Shown here: positions 9,539 through 21,150 of the stretch, one piece after another
Layout of the letters: each line of letters starts with the position of its first letter
How positions within the stretch are numbered: the first letter of the stretch is position 1
Source of the DNA: Eukaryota sp. TZLM1-RC
Taxonomy: Eukaryota; Protista; Metamonada: BaSk clade
Direction of reading: 5' to 3'
Assembly: GCA_040285825.1 (NCBI GenBank)
Contig: JAUPSS010000011.1
Span: 817,658 to 881,657 of the forward strand
DNA: 64,000 nucleotides
Translations under genes and position numbers: made by a program
The notes under the pieces: generated by a model
Database searches by the model: none
Told to the model about the DNA's origin: nothing
What the model saw: only the letters and a program-made list of their open reading frames with translations

Positions 9539-10436
9539 CTTGGATTTTGATGTTAGACTTGGCTTGGCCAAGAAATAGAATCCGGCTTTTGCAAATCTTT
9601 TACAAGTTATGTGTGACAGTACTTCTTCTGCCTTAGAAACAACAATTCCACAAGTTTATGGTACTCTCTTATCCGATTCTGCTTGGACTCTGAATATGAG
9701 ATTTCGTTCCTTTATCTGGCCTGATAATTTACCTCATAATTTAATTTGTAAATGTTCTCGAGAAATTACAACTACTCATTTGTTAAATTGTAAACATTTT
9801 ATTACTTTTAGAAGCAAAATTCACGATGCTGTAAGAGACCAATTGTATTGTATGTGTAAATCTCATAAAATTGAATCCTTCTTGGAACCTCTGTTGTCAA
9901 ATCTGTTTGATGCTGAAGATGATTTTCATAAGAATAATAGAGGTGATGTTATATTACCTGGATTAGATGGAATCTTCATTTTAGTAGATGTAATGTCTGT
10001 TGATCCTTGTAATGCCTCAAATGAAAGGCTTGTTAATTATGAAATTCATAATCCCCTTTCAAATGCTGAAAATTTCAAACTCAAAAAATACAATGAACCT
10101 TTGTCCAAATTGGCCAGTCTACAGCATGCAAAATACAATTTGTATCCATTTGTGTTTTCCCTTTTTGGTTTTCTTGCACCAACTGCTTTACGTTGTTTGG
10201 ATGATTTTGAATTGATTCTCAAGAGAAGAACTGGGAGAAATTTCAACAGATTGTTTTGGCAAAATAGAATTGTGTTTTCTATTTTTAAGGGGATGTTGAA
10301 GATGGTTTCTGATGCTTTGCTTTCTCTTGGATCTCACTATTAGAGAGTTGCATCTAGTGTTTTTGTTCTGGGAGAGATGGATTTTTTAGATGTTGATTTA
10401 TAGGTTTTGAATAAAATTAAAATTTTGTTAAAAAAA
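9538..10436 (+). mobile_element. 5'-truncated non-LTR family A (RLE domain and tail)
   Basis: CKC..HLLNC, RSKIHD and RGD..DV motifs; premature TAG at 10343; A-tail 10430-10436. Confidence 0.9.
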
Positions 10437-10776
10437 TGCTGGTAGAAATACACAACTAGTTTTTATTGCTTTCCCATTTTCGATAAACGGAAGATTATCA
10501 GTTGAAGCAGAAACTTTTTTGAGGTGTCAAATAGTATTTCCATTTTCTTTCCAAAAAATGTTTCATGAAACAACAATGAAAAGATTTGATATTTTTGCAT
10601 GACGTTCTCGGATTCAATTTGCCATTATTAATAGATTACCTCGGTTATTCAATCGAATAAGGGATTCTTTAGCTGGACAGCAAGCAGATCAAGATTTTGT
10701 AGAGGAAATCTTGGTTCAATGATATTCGTCCCATTAGGTATGAATTAATTTAATTAAGTGTGCAAATGCAATAAAT
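10437..10776 (+). mobile_element. Degenerate 3' fragment of family B
   Basis: Matches the family B C-terminus and 3' UTR. Confidence 0.85.
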
Positions 10777-11638
10777 ATTTTTTATAGTTCTTCAACTTAT
10801 TATTCTGGTTACATTCAACAATTCTTACACTTCTACGATGAGCAAGAAAGGTTTTTGCTGGAATACGTAATTGTTGATAATTCTCAACTCTCTGTTCCTC
10901 TGTAAAACCTATCGAATAGCTGTTATAAACTTTTCGCGTCCATGAATGTAATGTAGCTTTGAGTCAGAGAATTGGTTTAAGGAAAAGTTGATTTAATTTC
11001 TGATCATATTATATGAGCCTCAGGGAGCCAACATTAAGCCAGAATTCGAAATTTATTCTTAAAAGACAGAGAATGTTTCTTTAGATTCAAACAGATCCTA
11101 CAATCCAGAACTTATCAGTTACTCCATTAAAATAGATGTTTTGGTATAATATTTTGCATCATCATCCATGAATGAAACGACGACAGATATTCTGGTTGCC
11201 AATGGAAATAGATATCCTTATTTAGAGGTGTTCCATTAAAGAGTTTAAAATTATTTTAAAAAAGTTCAACTTTTTACAATTCAAAAGTCCTAAATCAATT
11301 GCTATAACATTCTTCCCAATTTCGGTGATTGTAGGGCAACAATTAAGGAACCTGTAAGATAGTAAAGTTCATAAACACGTACTTTGTGCAATATTAGAAA
11401 TAGACATCGTGATGAATAATGATCTGTTCTCGGTTTTTGTTTTGCAGCATGTTCAATGATCACTGTTGGATAAAGGACAAGCCTGAAATTTATGATCCCA
11501 CAAAAAGTTGATTTAAAACATGTGTTGTTTTCAATCATATCAGTGAATTAAATTAATAATAAATGTGATTATTGCTGTTTCGTTTTCTTTGCTGAATTGC
11601 AGGCAAATTGTCTTTGTATATGACACGTAGCTTAAACG
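10773..11638. repeat. About 870-bp direct repeat, copy 2
   Basis: Near identical to 8661-9538. Confidence 0.9.
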
Positions 11639-11907
11639 GTATATGAAAACGTCAGCTTGCAGATGCCATGAATATCATTGTTTGGTATCAACAATGGTAG
11701 AATTGATTCACAGTAGATGTGGCTTTGGTATGTCAAGAATGATCGCAAAAATGATCATTATCTTGTCTTATGTGTGCTTTGAGTTGAAAAACTGATGGTA
11801 AACATAGTTCTGTACTGATTAAGCATCAACTACCATGTAGTATTGAAAAAAAGATCGCAACAAACACAGATAAGAAACATTTACAAAATAAACATGACCA
11901 GAGTAAT

Positions 11908-12237
11908 CTAATCCATAGGTCTAGGCGTTCCACAGATCTTACAACCTCCTACATCAGGTCCAGGACGAGGAGCTCTGTAGATACATTCAACAGTACCATC
12001 TACGAACCAACCTTCACGGTGCTTGCAGTAGAGCTTACAGTGTCCTTCATAGTTGCAGATGTACTGGGGACGATGTTGATGATTACATTCGTAACATCTG
12101 GTGTTGGTATTTGTACATTCGCATGTCTCAGTGTCTGCAGCACAAACACAATCATTGGATTGTTGAACGGGATCGGAGGTAAAAGATGCGTTAGCGACAA
12201 CTACAATGGCTAGAATCAACAAAAAGTGGAGATGCAT
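11908..12237 (-). CDS. Small secreted cysteine-rich protein (about 109 aa)
   Basis: ATG at 12237; signal-peptide-like MHLHFLLILAIVVVANA; many Cys including CxC and CxxC. Confidence 0.7.
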   Translation of the reverse strand: MHLHFLLILAIVVVANASFTSDPVQQSNDCVCAADTETCECTNTNTRCYECNHQHRPQYICNYEGHCKLYCKHREGWFVDGTVECIYRAPRPGPDVGGCKICGTPRPMD

Positions 12238-12269
12238 TGTTTGAAATGAAATGATTTCAATTTGTGAAC

Positions 12270-14107
12270 AATTTTGGTAACAACATTTTGATTTCATCAA
12301 GTGGCGTAAAGCAAGGAGATCCGTTAGGACCTCTTTTGTTTTGTTTGGCCATTCATCCTATTCTACTGCAAATTCAAGAGATGTTTCCTTCACTAAAAAT
12401 GATTGCATATATGGATGATGTTGTGCTTATTGGTGATTTAAATATTGTGAAAAAAGCAACTGTATGTTTTAAAGAATTATTTACCAAAATTGGTCTTCGA
12501 CTTAATTTACTTAAATGTGTTTTGTTATCGAATTCTCCAGTTTCCACAATAATTGATGATATTGAAATTCAAGCCAAATTATATTCAATTGATGCTATTC
12601 GTCATTTGGGTTCGTTTTTAGGAAATAATGATGAAATTACCAAAAAATTGTTTGAAAAGTTGAACTCAATTTCTGACAAAATTGACCGAATGATGAATTT
12701 AGATATAAAAAAACACATCAAATTTACCATTATAAGACTGTGTTTTAGTTCCAATTTTAATCATATATTTCGATCTACAAATCCTCTCGTCACTAGACCT
12801 TTGGCTCAAAAAGTTTAATGAGTTACGTGCAAAAGTTCTGTCTCAATTACTGGGATGTAAAATGTTTCAAATTCCAGATCATGCTTACCTTAGTCCACAA
12901 TATGGTGGTTTAGGGTGGACGAAGGCTTCTATTCTTACCTCGTGTGCTTTTGTTGGTGGATGCAGAAATGCAATCTTTGAGTTCTCCGAAAGATTTGCAG
13001 ATTGGGAAGATTTATTGATGACAACGCAAAGTTCCACTGTTTTTGCATTAAATGAAGAAATTTCAAGAATTGATGTAGAAAAATGGGGTCGATGTTTTCC
13101 CCAATCATTCAATGGCAATATTCCAGAAAAAAATGTTTTAAATTTGAAGTACACTCTTCGAACATTACAGAAAAAGATTGACTGGAATGTATGAAAAGAT
13201 CTTTATAATAATATTTGCAGCTCGGCTGTTTTAAATCAAGATCTTCACTCATTGTTATTGGAAAAGGGTGTTTGTGAAAACAAGGTGTCAGATTCTTCAC
13301 TTTTTGTAACCATTGTACCACGAAGATTTGGATTGTGTGCTACAAATGAAGCATTTGTAACAAAAATGAGATTATATTTGAACATCCCCATTAACCAATT
13401 ATTATCAAAAGAAAAATGTATTTGTTCGAATTCACCTCAACTCACTTTGCGCCATGCTCTAAATTGCTCTAAATTGATAACTTATCGTTCTTCATTACAT
13501 GATGCTGTTAGAGACACTGTTTTCAATATGTCACAAACTGCAAGGATATCGTGTATCAAAGAGCCCCTGCTGAAAGAAACACTTTCTCTGAATAATTTTG
13601 GTTCTGATGATAGAGGTGATGTATACTGTGATTGGATTGATAATTCTGAAGCTATTGTTGACTTTGTCTCATGTAATGTTGCAAACGATACGTTGGTTCA
13701 CAGAAGAAAACTTAATCCTGTGGCTGCTCTGGATTTTAAAGCAAAAGAAAAACATAGAAAATATGATAAAGAAATTGAAGATGCAAATATCGATAGAAAT
13801 ACACAGCTGGTTTTTATTGCTTTTCCATTTTCGATAAATGGAAGATTATCAGTTGAAGCAGAAACTTTTTTGGATGACTTCCAAAAAATGGTGAAAGAAA
13901 AACAATGAAAAGATTTGATATTTTTTTATGGCGTTCACGGATTCAATTTGCCATTATTAATAGATTACCGCGGTTTTTCAATCGAATTAGAGAAGCTTTA
14001 GCTAGACAGCAAGCAAATATAGATTTTGTAGAGGAAATCTTGGTTTAATGATAGTCGTCCCATTAGTTATGATTTAATTTAATCAAGTGTGCAAATTCAA
14101 TAAAATA
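12270..14107 (+). mobile_element. 5'-truncated family B CRE-like non-LTR element (RT to RLE), frameshifted
   Basis: GVKQGDPLGPLLF, AYMDD; RLE CIC..HALNC, LHD, RGD; TSD AATTTGTGAAC (12259-12269, 14108-14118). Confidence 0.92.
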
Positions 14108-14449
14108 AATTTGTGAACGTTAAACCACAAATTAGATGATTGTGTGAGAGAGAGGATATTCTAAAAGAAGCTATCGTTCATCCAAATCTATTTAGCGTTT
14201 AAAGCTTTTCTATTGCATAGTTGACACGGTGGTCTAGATATGAAGGACAATAGGAACCCAGAAGTGTCCAAAAAGCATCCAGTAAAACTTCAACAGGAGA
14301 AAGCACAGCAATTGGCAAACGATTGACAATTTTCTATAAATAAAACGATAAATAAACGATAACTAGTAAAACGTTGTATTTAATCTATGGGTGAAAGAAA
14401 TTTAATTCATCATTTCACGATTTCATCACACACAAAAACCACCATTACG

Positions 14450-14870
14450 TTTGCTAAAAGAGATGAAACTCCTCTTTGCTTTGCTGAAAAGAGCAAAATC
14501 AAAAAGTACAATGAACCCTTATCTCAGCTAGGACGTGTTGAGCATGTTAAGTATCAGTGGTTCCATTTGATGTTTCTCTTTTTGGTAACATTGGAATATC
14601 TGGCATTAAATTTGTTGAAGGTTTCAGAAGTTTAATAAAAGAAAGAGCAGGAAAAGAATTGAACTTCAATTTCTGGCAAAATAGAAGTGTTTTCAGTATT
14701 CTTAAAGCAATTCCAGAAATGTTGACTAAAGCACTGTTACAATTAGGAATAGAGTATGAAAATCGCGCGCTTAAATTTGATTTGATGATCTTGATGCGTG
14801 TATTGAGGATATTGAGTTCTAGTTTTTTGTTTAATGTTTTGTTAGCGTTGAAAATAAATTTTATTCAAAA
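14450..14870 (+). mobile_element. 3' fragment of non-LTR family E
   Basis: AEKSKIKKYNEP...LGIEYENRA; same sequence as the E segments within 56972-60388. Confidence 0.85.
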
Positions 14871-14879
14871 TTTATTTTT

Positions 14880-17395
14880 CAAAAATTTAATTTTATTCTA
14901 AACCTTTTATTAATTTATTGAATTTGCACACTTGATTAAATTAAATCATAACTAATGGGACGACTATCATTAAACCAAGATTTCCTCTACAAAATCTTGA
15001 TTTGCTTGCTGTCTAGCTAAAGCTTCTCTAATTCGATTGGAAAACCGCGGTAATCTATTAATAATGGCAAATTGAATCCGTGAACGCCATAAAAAAATAT
15101 CAAATCTTTTCATTGTTTTTTCTTTCACCATTTTTTGGAAGCCATCCAAAAAGTTTCTGCTTCAACTGATAATCTTCCATTTATCGAAAATGGAAAAGCA
15201 ATAAAAACCAGCTGTGTATTTCTATCGATATTTGCATCTTCAATTTCTTTATCATATTTTCTATATTTTTCTTTTGCTTTAAAATCCAGAGCAGCCACAG
15301 GATTAAGTTTTCTTCTGTGAACCAAAGTATCGTTTGCAACATTACATGAGACAAAGTCAACAATAGCTTCAGAATTATCAATCCAATCACAGTATACATC
15401 ACCTCTATCATCAGAACCAAAATTATTCAGAGAAAGTGTTTCTTTCAGCAGGGGCTCTTTGATACACGATATCCTTGCAGTTCTAAACCTATAAATCAAC
15501 ATCTAAAAAATCCATCTCTCCCACAACAAAAACACTAGATGCAACTCTCTCATAGTGAGATCCAAGAGAAAGCAAAGCATCAGAAACCATCTTCAACATA
15601 CCCTTAAAAATAGAAAACACAATTCTAATTTGCCAAAACAATCTGTTGAAATTTCTGCCAGTTCTTCTCTTTACAATCATTTCAAAATCATCCAAAAAAC
15701 GTAAAGCAGTTGGTGCAAGTGAACCAAAAAGGGAAAATACAAATGGATACAAATTGTATTTTGCATGCTGTAGACTGGCCAATTTGGACAAAGGTTCATT
15801 GTATTTTTTGAATTTAAAATTTTCAGCATTTGAAAGGGGATTATGAATTTCAGAATTAACAAGCCTTTCATTTGAGGCATTACAAGGATCAACAGACATC
15901 ACATCCAATAAAATAAAGCTTCCATCTAATCCAGGTAATATGACGTCACCTCTATTATTCTTATGAAAATCATTTTCAGCATCAAACAGATTTGACAACA
16001 GAGGTTCCAAGAAGGATTCAATTCTATGAGATTTACACATACAATATAACTGGTCTCTTACAGCATCATGAACCTTGCTTCTAAAAGTAATAAAATGTTT
16101 ACAATTTAACAAATGAGTAGTTGTAATTTCTCGAGAACATTTACAAATTAAATTATGAGGTAAATTATCAGGCCAGATAAAGGAACGAAATCTCATATTC
16201 AGAGTCCAAGCAGAATCGGATAAGAGAGTACCATAAACTTGTGGAATTGTTGTTACTAAGGCAGAAGAAGTACTGTCACACATATCTTGTAAAAGATTTG
16301 CAAAAGCGGGATTCTTTTTCTTGGCCAAGCCAAGTCTAACATCAAAATCCAAGCTTTCAAAAATCTTTGACAATTTTTGTTGAAGCTTTTAAACAGCAAA
16401 ACTGTAAATTAAATAGAGATCGGTTTGGAATTTCTTGAATTGATTGAGGAAAACATTTGGTCCAAATTTGTGGCGGTAATTTTTCAACTTCACAAAATAA
16501 CTCATACAAATAGGGACTACAATTGGGGACTAACAGATGAGAATCATCAGGAAATCTACGAGAAAATTCATAAATAAAATTTTTGCCACCACCCAAGAAT
16601 GCTGATTGACACAAAATTGAAGATTTAGTAAATCCAACACCCCCCAAATTTGCTGAAGAAAATAAATGGCTTTTCAACATTTCTGGTTCTACATCCAATA
16701 AATCAGCAAAAAATTCTGTTCTCAATGAATTAAAAGAACGACAAAAATCTAATGCTATGGAAGGAGCACAAGATCTCAAAATGTGGGTTATTCTCCCAGT
16801 GTAGCAAATTTTAAGCATAAAAAATTTAATATGCTTTTCTATATCTAAAGAAGAAATTGAATCAAGTTCAATTTTCATTTTTTCCAAAATAACTTGCAAT
16901 TCATTCTGAATTTGAGGCACATTTCCTAACCAACAACCAAGGAACTTAAAAGCATCACTACTATAATTAGTAAAAGGGACAATAGAATCGTTTATCACGA
17001 GGTCTTGAGCAGAAGAGCCAATCAGAAGGCATTTGCTGGCATTAAGATGAAGCCCAATATTTTCATATGAATCGACAATTTCTTGAGCAACCAATTCTAG
17101 TAAATCAAATGAAACAATCAAGGATATATCATCCATATAAGCAACTATTTTTATAGAAGGGTATTTTTGCTTAATGATATTTAAAGTTTTGTGAATAGCT
17201 AAACAAAACAATAATGGACCTAAAGGGTCACCCTGCTGCACACCAGAAGATGATTTAAGAGCAAATGAATTAAAAACTAAATCTGATTCTTTACCATAAA
17301 AATGGTAGAAAAAACTCGATAGCTCAGGAAAATCAGATATAATAACTTCAAAAATTGCTTCTCGCTTTACAGAATTAAAAGCATTTTTAAAGTCG
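14880..17395 (-). mobile_element. 5'-truncated family A element, interrupted in its 3' UTR by family B
   Basis: RT ORF 16357-17241 and RLE ORF 15489-16373; 3' UTR tip displaced to 14880-14905. Confidence 0.92.
14906..15480 (-). mobile_element. Family B fragment nested at the family A stop codon
   Basis: TSD TTCTAAACCT (14896-14905, 15481-15490). Confidence 0.9.
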
Positions 17396-17415
17396 TATGC
17401 GAAATAAAGCCCTTG

Positions 17416-17533
17416 GAAGATGGTTTCTGATGCTTTGCTTTCTCTTGGATCTCACTATGAGAGAGTTGCATCTAGTGTTTTTGTTTTGGGAGAGATGGAT
17501 TTTTTAGATGTTGATTTATAGGTTTAGAATAAA
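17416..17533 (+). mobile_element. Short 3' tip of family A, fused to the 5' end of a full-length A copy
   Basis: KMVSDALLSLG...DVDL*, then 3' UTR GTTTAGAATAAA joined to GGTTTTTTTTCCTCCC. Confidence 0.85.
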
Positions 17534-20500
17534 GGTTTTTTTTCCTCCCTCCCTTAGTCAACCCTTTCATTTTTCACTTTTTGTCAAGGCGTCAAAGTCG
17601 TACTGTTTCTCTGTCAAAACGATGCCTTTGGCTGATAGTGACTCTGATACTGATTGGAACGCCCAAGCAAAGATTCTACCAGTCAATCAAGCTCATCCAC
17701 TCCACTTCCCCACTCTCCCCACAATACAAGCTATGCTCGAAATTCATCTCAAAAAAATTTTCATTCAAAAACTGATCATTGTACCAGAAAAAACACAGAA
17801 AAACCACCATTACGTTCCTTACGTTCTGTTGCGCGTTCTATTAACAACTCTGTTTCTCGAAATTTGTTTTCTCCAGCTGAAACTGCAAAAAGTCAAAAGT
17901 CTATTTCTACTTTTAACTCACAAATTGACAAAATAGAAAGAACTGAAAAAATGAAACCACTGCCATTAAAAGGTTCTAAATGTTCGATTTGTGGTATCGG
18001 TGGTCATAATTCGAGAACGTGCCCTGAAAAACAAAAATGAGAAATTGAATTCAAATCTGCTCAACAGATTCTCGAATGTTCTGTTCCAGCTGATGCCGTT
18101 GTGAAAGGTGCTGAAAATAATTTTTCTGACGATCAACATTTAAATGCTTCTAGTGCTCACTCTTCTTCCCCTTCTGAAAACAGTAATTTTTGCTGTCCAT
18201 TTTGCAAAAAAATGTTGCAGAATCAAGAAATGGTCGAAAACTTCTGTTTTGTACGAATTGTAAAGCCGTTGATACCGTAAGACCCCCGATCCGGATCCCA
18301 GTAGAAATTAGTCCCGCCAGCACAATCCCCTTCTCAATGGAAATGAGAAATTTTACTTCTGAATTGAAAAATAATAAGTGGAATATTTCATCCTTCTGGA
18401 AATATTTTGCTCGAAAAAACAAAAATTGTTTTAGGAAAAAATTTGGAAATAGAAAAATTGTAAAATCAAAAATTTGCCGAAAATTGTGCTTACGTGGTCG
18501 TTATGGTGCCGCAAAGCAGTCCTTGTTTTCCTCTTCTTTGGCTGATGCAAACTCTGATACCCTTGAAAAACTTCAAAAGTTGCATCCTCAAGAAAATTTC
18601 AAGTGCAGCAAGCCTGATGTGTGTCCTTTTTGGATTGAAAATCCTATTACTGCAATTGAAGTTCTTAAAGCTATTCAGAAATTACCAAAGGGTAAAGCAG
18701 CAGGAATTTCTGGAATTTCGTTTGATCTCTTAAAAATAGCGAGTTCCAGTGCACCCGAAATTGCTGATGATCTAGCCCATTATTTTCAACAATTAATTGT
18801 TTTGAAAATTAATCCTCCATTTGAATTACTCGCTGCACGTCCGATTGCTTTAGTAAAGCCTGGAAACGGAATCAAACCTGATGGAATACGCCCAATTGCT
18901 GTTGGTGAATCTCTTTCTCGTTTGCTAGCATCAATTGTCTTCGATCGTGTCAAAGACAAAGCTTCTACATTTTTGAATCCTCATCAATTTGGAATCAAAA
19001 CAATTGATGGTGCTTCTGTTGCTGCTATTGCCTCTGATACCTTTTTTAATGCAGAGGAAAATAATTTTATTTTTAATCTCGACTATAAAAATGCTTTTAA
19101 TTCTGTAAAGCGAGAAGCAATTTTTGAAGTTATTAAATCTGATTTTCCTGAGCTATCGAGTTTTTTCTACCATTTTTATGGGAAAGAATCAGATTTAATT
19201 TTTAATTCATTTGGTCTCAAATCATCTTCTGGTGTGAAGCAAGGTGATCCTTTAGGCCCGTTATTGTTTTGTTTAGCTATTCACAAAACTTTAAATATCA
19301 TTAAGCAAAAATACCATTCTTTAAAAAAAGTTGCTTATATGGATGATATATCCTTGATTGGTTCATTTGATTTACTAGAATTGGTTGCTCAAGAAATTGC
19401 CGATTCATATCAAAATATTGGGCTTCATCTTAATGCCAGCAAATGCCTTCTGATTGGCTCTTCTGCTCAAGACCTCGTGATAAACGATTCTATTGTCCCT
19501 TTTACTATTTATAGTAGTGATGCTTTTAAGTTCCTTGGTTGTTGGTTAGGAAATGTGCCTCAAATTCAGAATGAATTGCAAGTTATTTTGGAAAAAATGA
19601 AAATTGAACTTGATTCAATTTCTTCTTTAGATATAGAAAAGCATATTAAATTTTTCATGCTTAAAATTTGCTACACTGGGAGAATAACCCACATTTTAAG
19701 ATCTTGTGCTCCTTCCATAGCATTAGTTTTTTGTCGTTCCTTTCAATGAGAACAGAATTTTTTGCTGATTTATTGGATGTATAACCAGGAATGTTGAAAA
19801 GTCACTTATTTTCTTCAGCAAATTTGGGGGGTATTGGATTTACTATGTCTTCAATTTTGTGTCAATCAGCATTCTTGGGTGGTGGCAAAAATTTCATTTA
19901 TGAATTTTCTCGTAGATTTCCTGATGATTCTCATCTGTTAGTCCCCAATTGGAGTCCCTATTTGTATAAGTTATCTTGTGAACTTGAAAAATTGCCGCCA
20001 CAAATTTGGACCAAATGTTTTCCTCAATCAATTCAAGAAATTCCAAACCGATCTCTATTTAATTTACAGTTTTGCTGTAAAAAGCTTCAACAATAATTGT
20101 CAAAGATTTTTGAAAGCTTGGATTTTGATGTTAGACTTGGCTTGGCCAAGAAAAAGAATCCCGCTTTTTCAAATCTTTTACAAGATATGTGTGACAGTAC
20201 TTCTTTTGCCTTAGTAACAACAATTCCCCAAGTTTATGGTGCTCTCTTAACCGATTCTGCTTGGACTCTGAATATGAGATTTCGTTCCTTTATCTGGCCT
20301 GATAATTTACCTCATAATTTAATTTGTTAATGTTCTCGAGAAATTACAACTACTCATTTGTTAAATTGTAAACATTTTATTACTTTTAGAAGCAAAATTC
20401 ACGATGCTGTAAGAGACCAATTGTATTGTATGTGTAAATCTCATAAAATTGAATCCTTCTTGGAACCTCTGTTGTCAAATCTGTTTGATGCTGAAGATGA

Positions 20501-21004
20501 TTTTCGTAAGAATAATAGAGGTGATGTTATATTACCTGGATTAGATGGAAGTTTCATTTTATTGGATGTAATGTCTGTTGATCCTTGTAATGCCTCAAAT
20601 GAAAGGCTTGTTAATTCTGAAATTCATAATCCCCTTTCAAATGCTGAGAATTCTAAATTCAAAAAATACAATGAACCTTTGTCCAAATTGGCCAGTGAAC
20701 AGCATGCAAAATACAATTTGTATCCATTTGTATTTTCCCTTTCTGATTCACTTGCACCGAATGCTTTACGTTTTTTGGATGATTTTGAAATGATTGTAAA
20801 GAGAAGAACTGGCAGAAATTTCAACAGATTGTTTTGGCAAAATAGAATTGTGTTTTCTATTTTTAAGGGGATGTTGAAGATGGTTTCTGATGCTTTGCTT
20901 TCTCTTGGATCTCACTATGAGAGAGTTGCATCTAGTGTTTTTGTTTTGGGAGAGATGGATTTTTTAGATGTTGATTTATAGGTTTAGAATAAAATTAAAA
21001 TTTT
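17534..21004 (+). mobile_element. Apparently full-length (about 3.5 kb) family A CRE-like retrotransposon with several disablements
   Basis: Short pyrimidine-rich leader; ATG near 17622; CCHC CSICGIGGHNSRTC; CPFC..CTNC finger; RT (IRPIAVGE, QFGI, GDPLGP, YMDD); RLE; in-frame stops at 18038, 20094, 20328 and frameshifts. Confidence 0.9.
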
Positions 21005-21150
21005 GGTCGAAAATAATGTTTTGAAGATATTGACTTTTAGACTGTAGTTATAAACAGTTCAACTAATTTATTATTGAGCGACCATCTTTTTGCTTTGGCG
21101 ACATAATTGCCGACATATTTAAAATTATGTTACAAAATTAAAAAAAACAG

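Noticed and set aside
13598-13837. Recurrent 71-79 aa ORFs (MVLMIEV..., MILVMPQ...) in many copies
   Set aside because: Alternative-frame shadows of the RLE coding region, repeated only because the elements are repeated.
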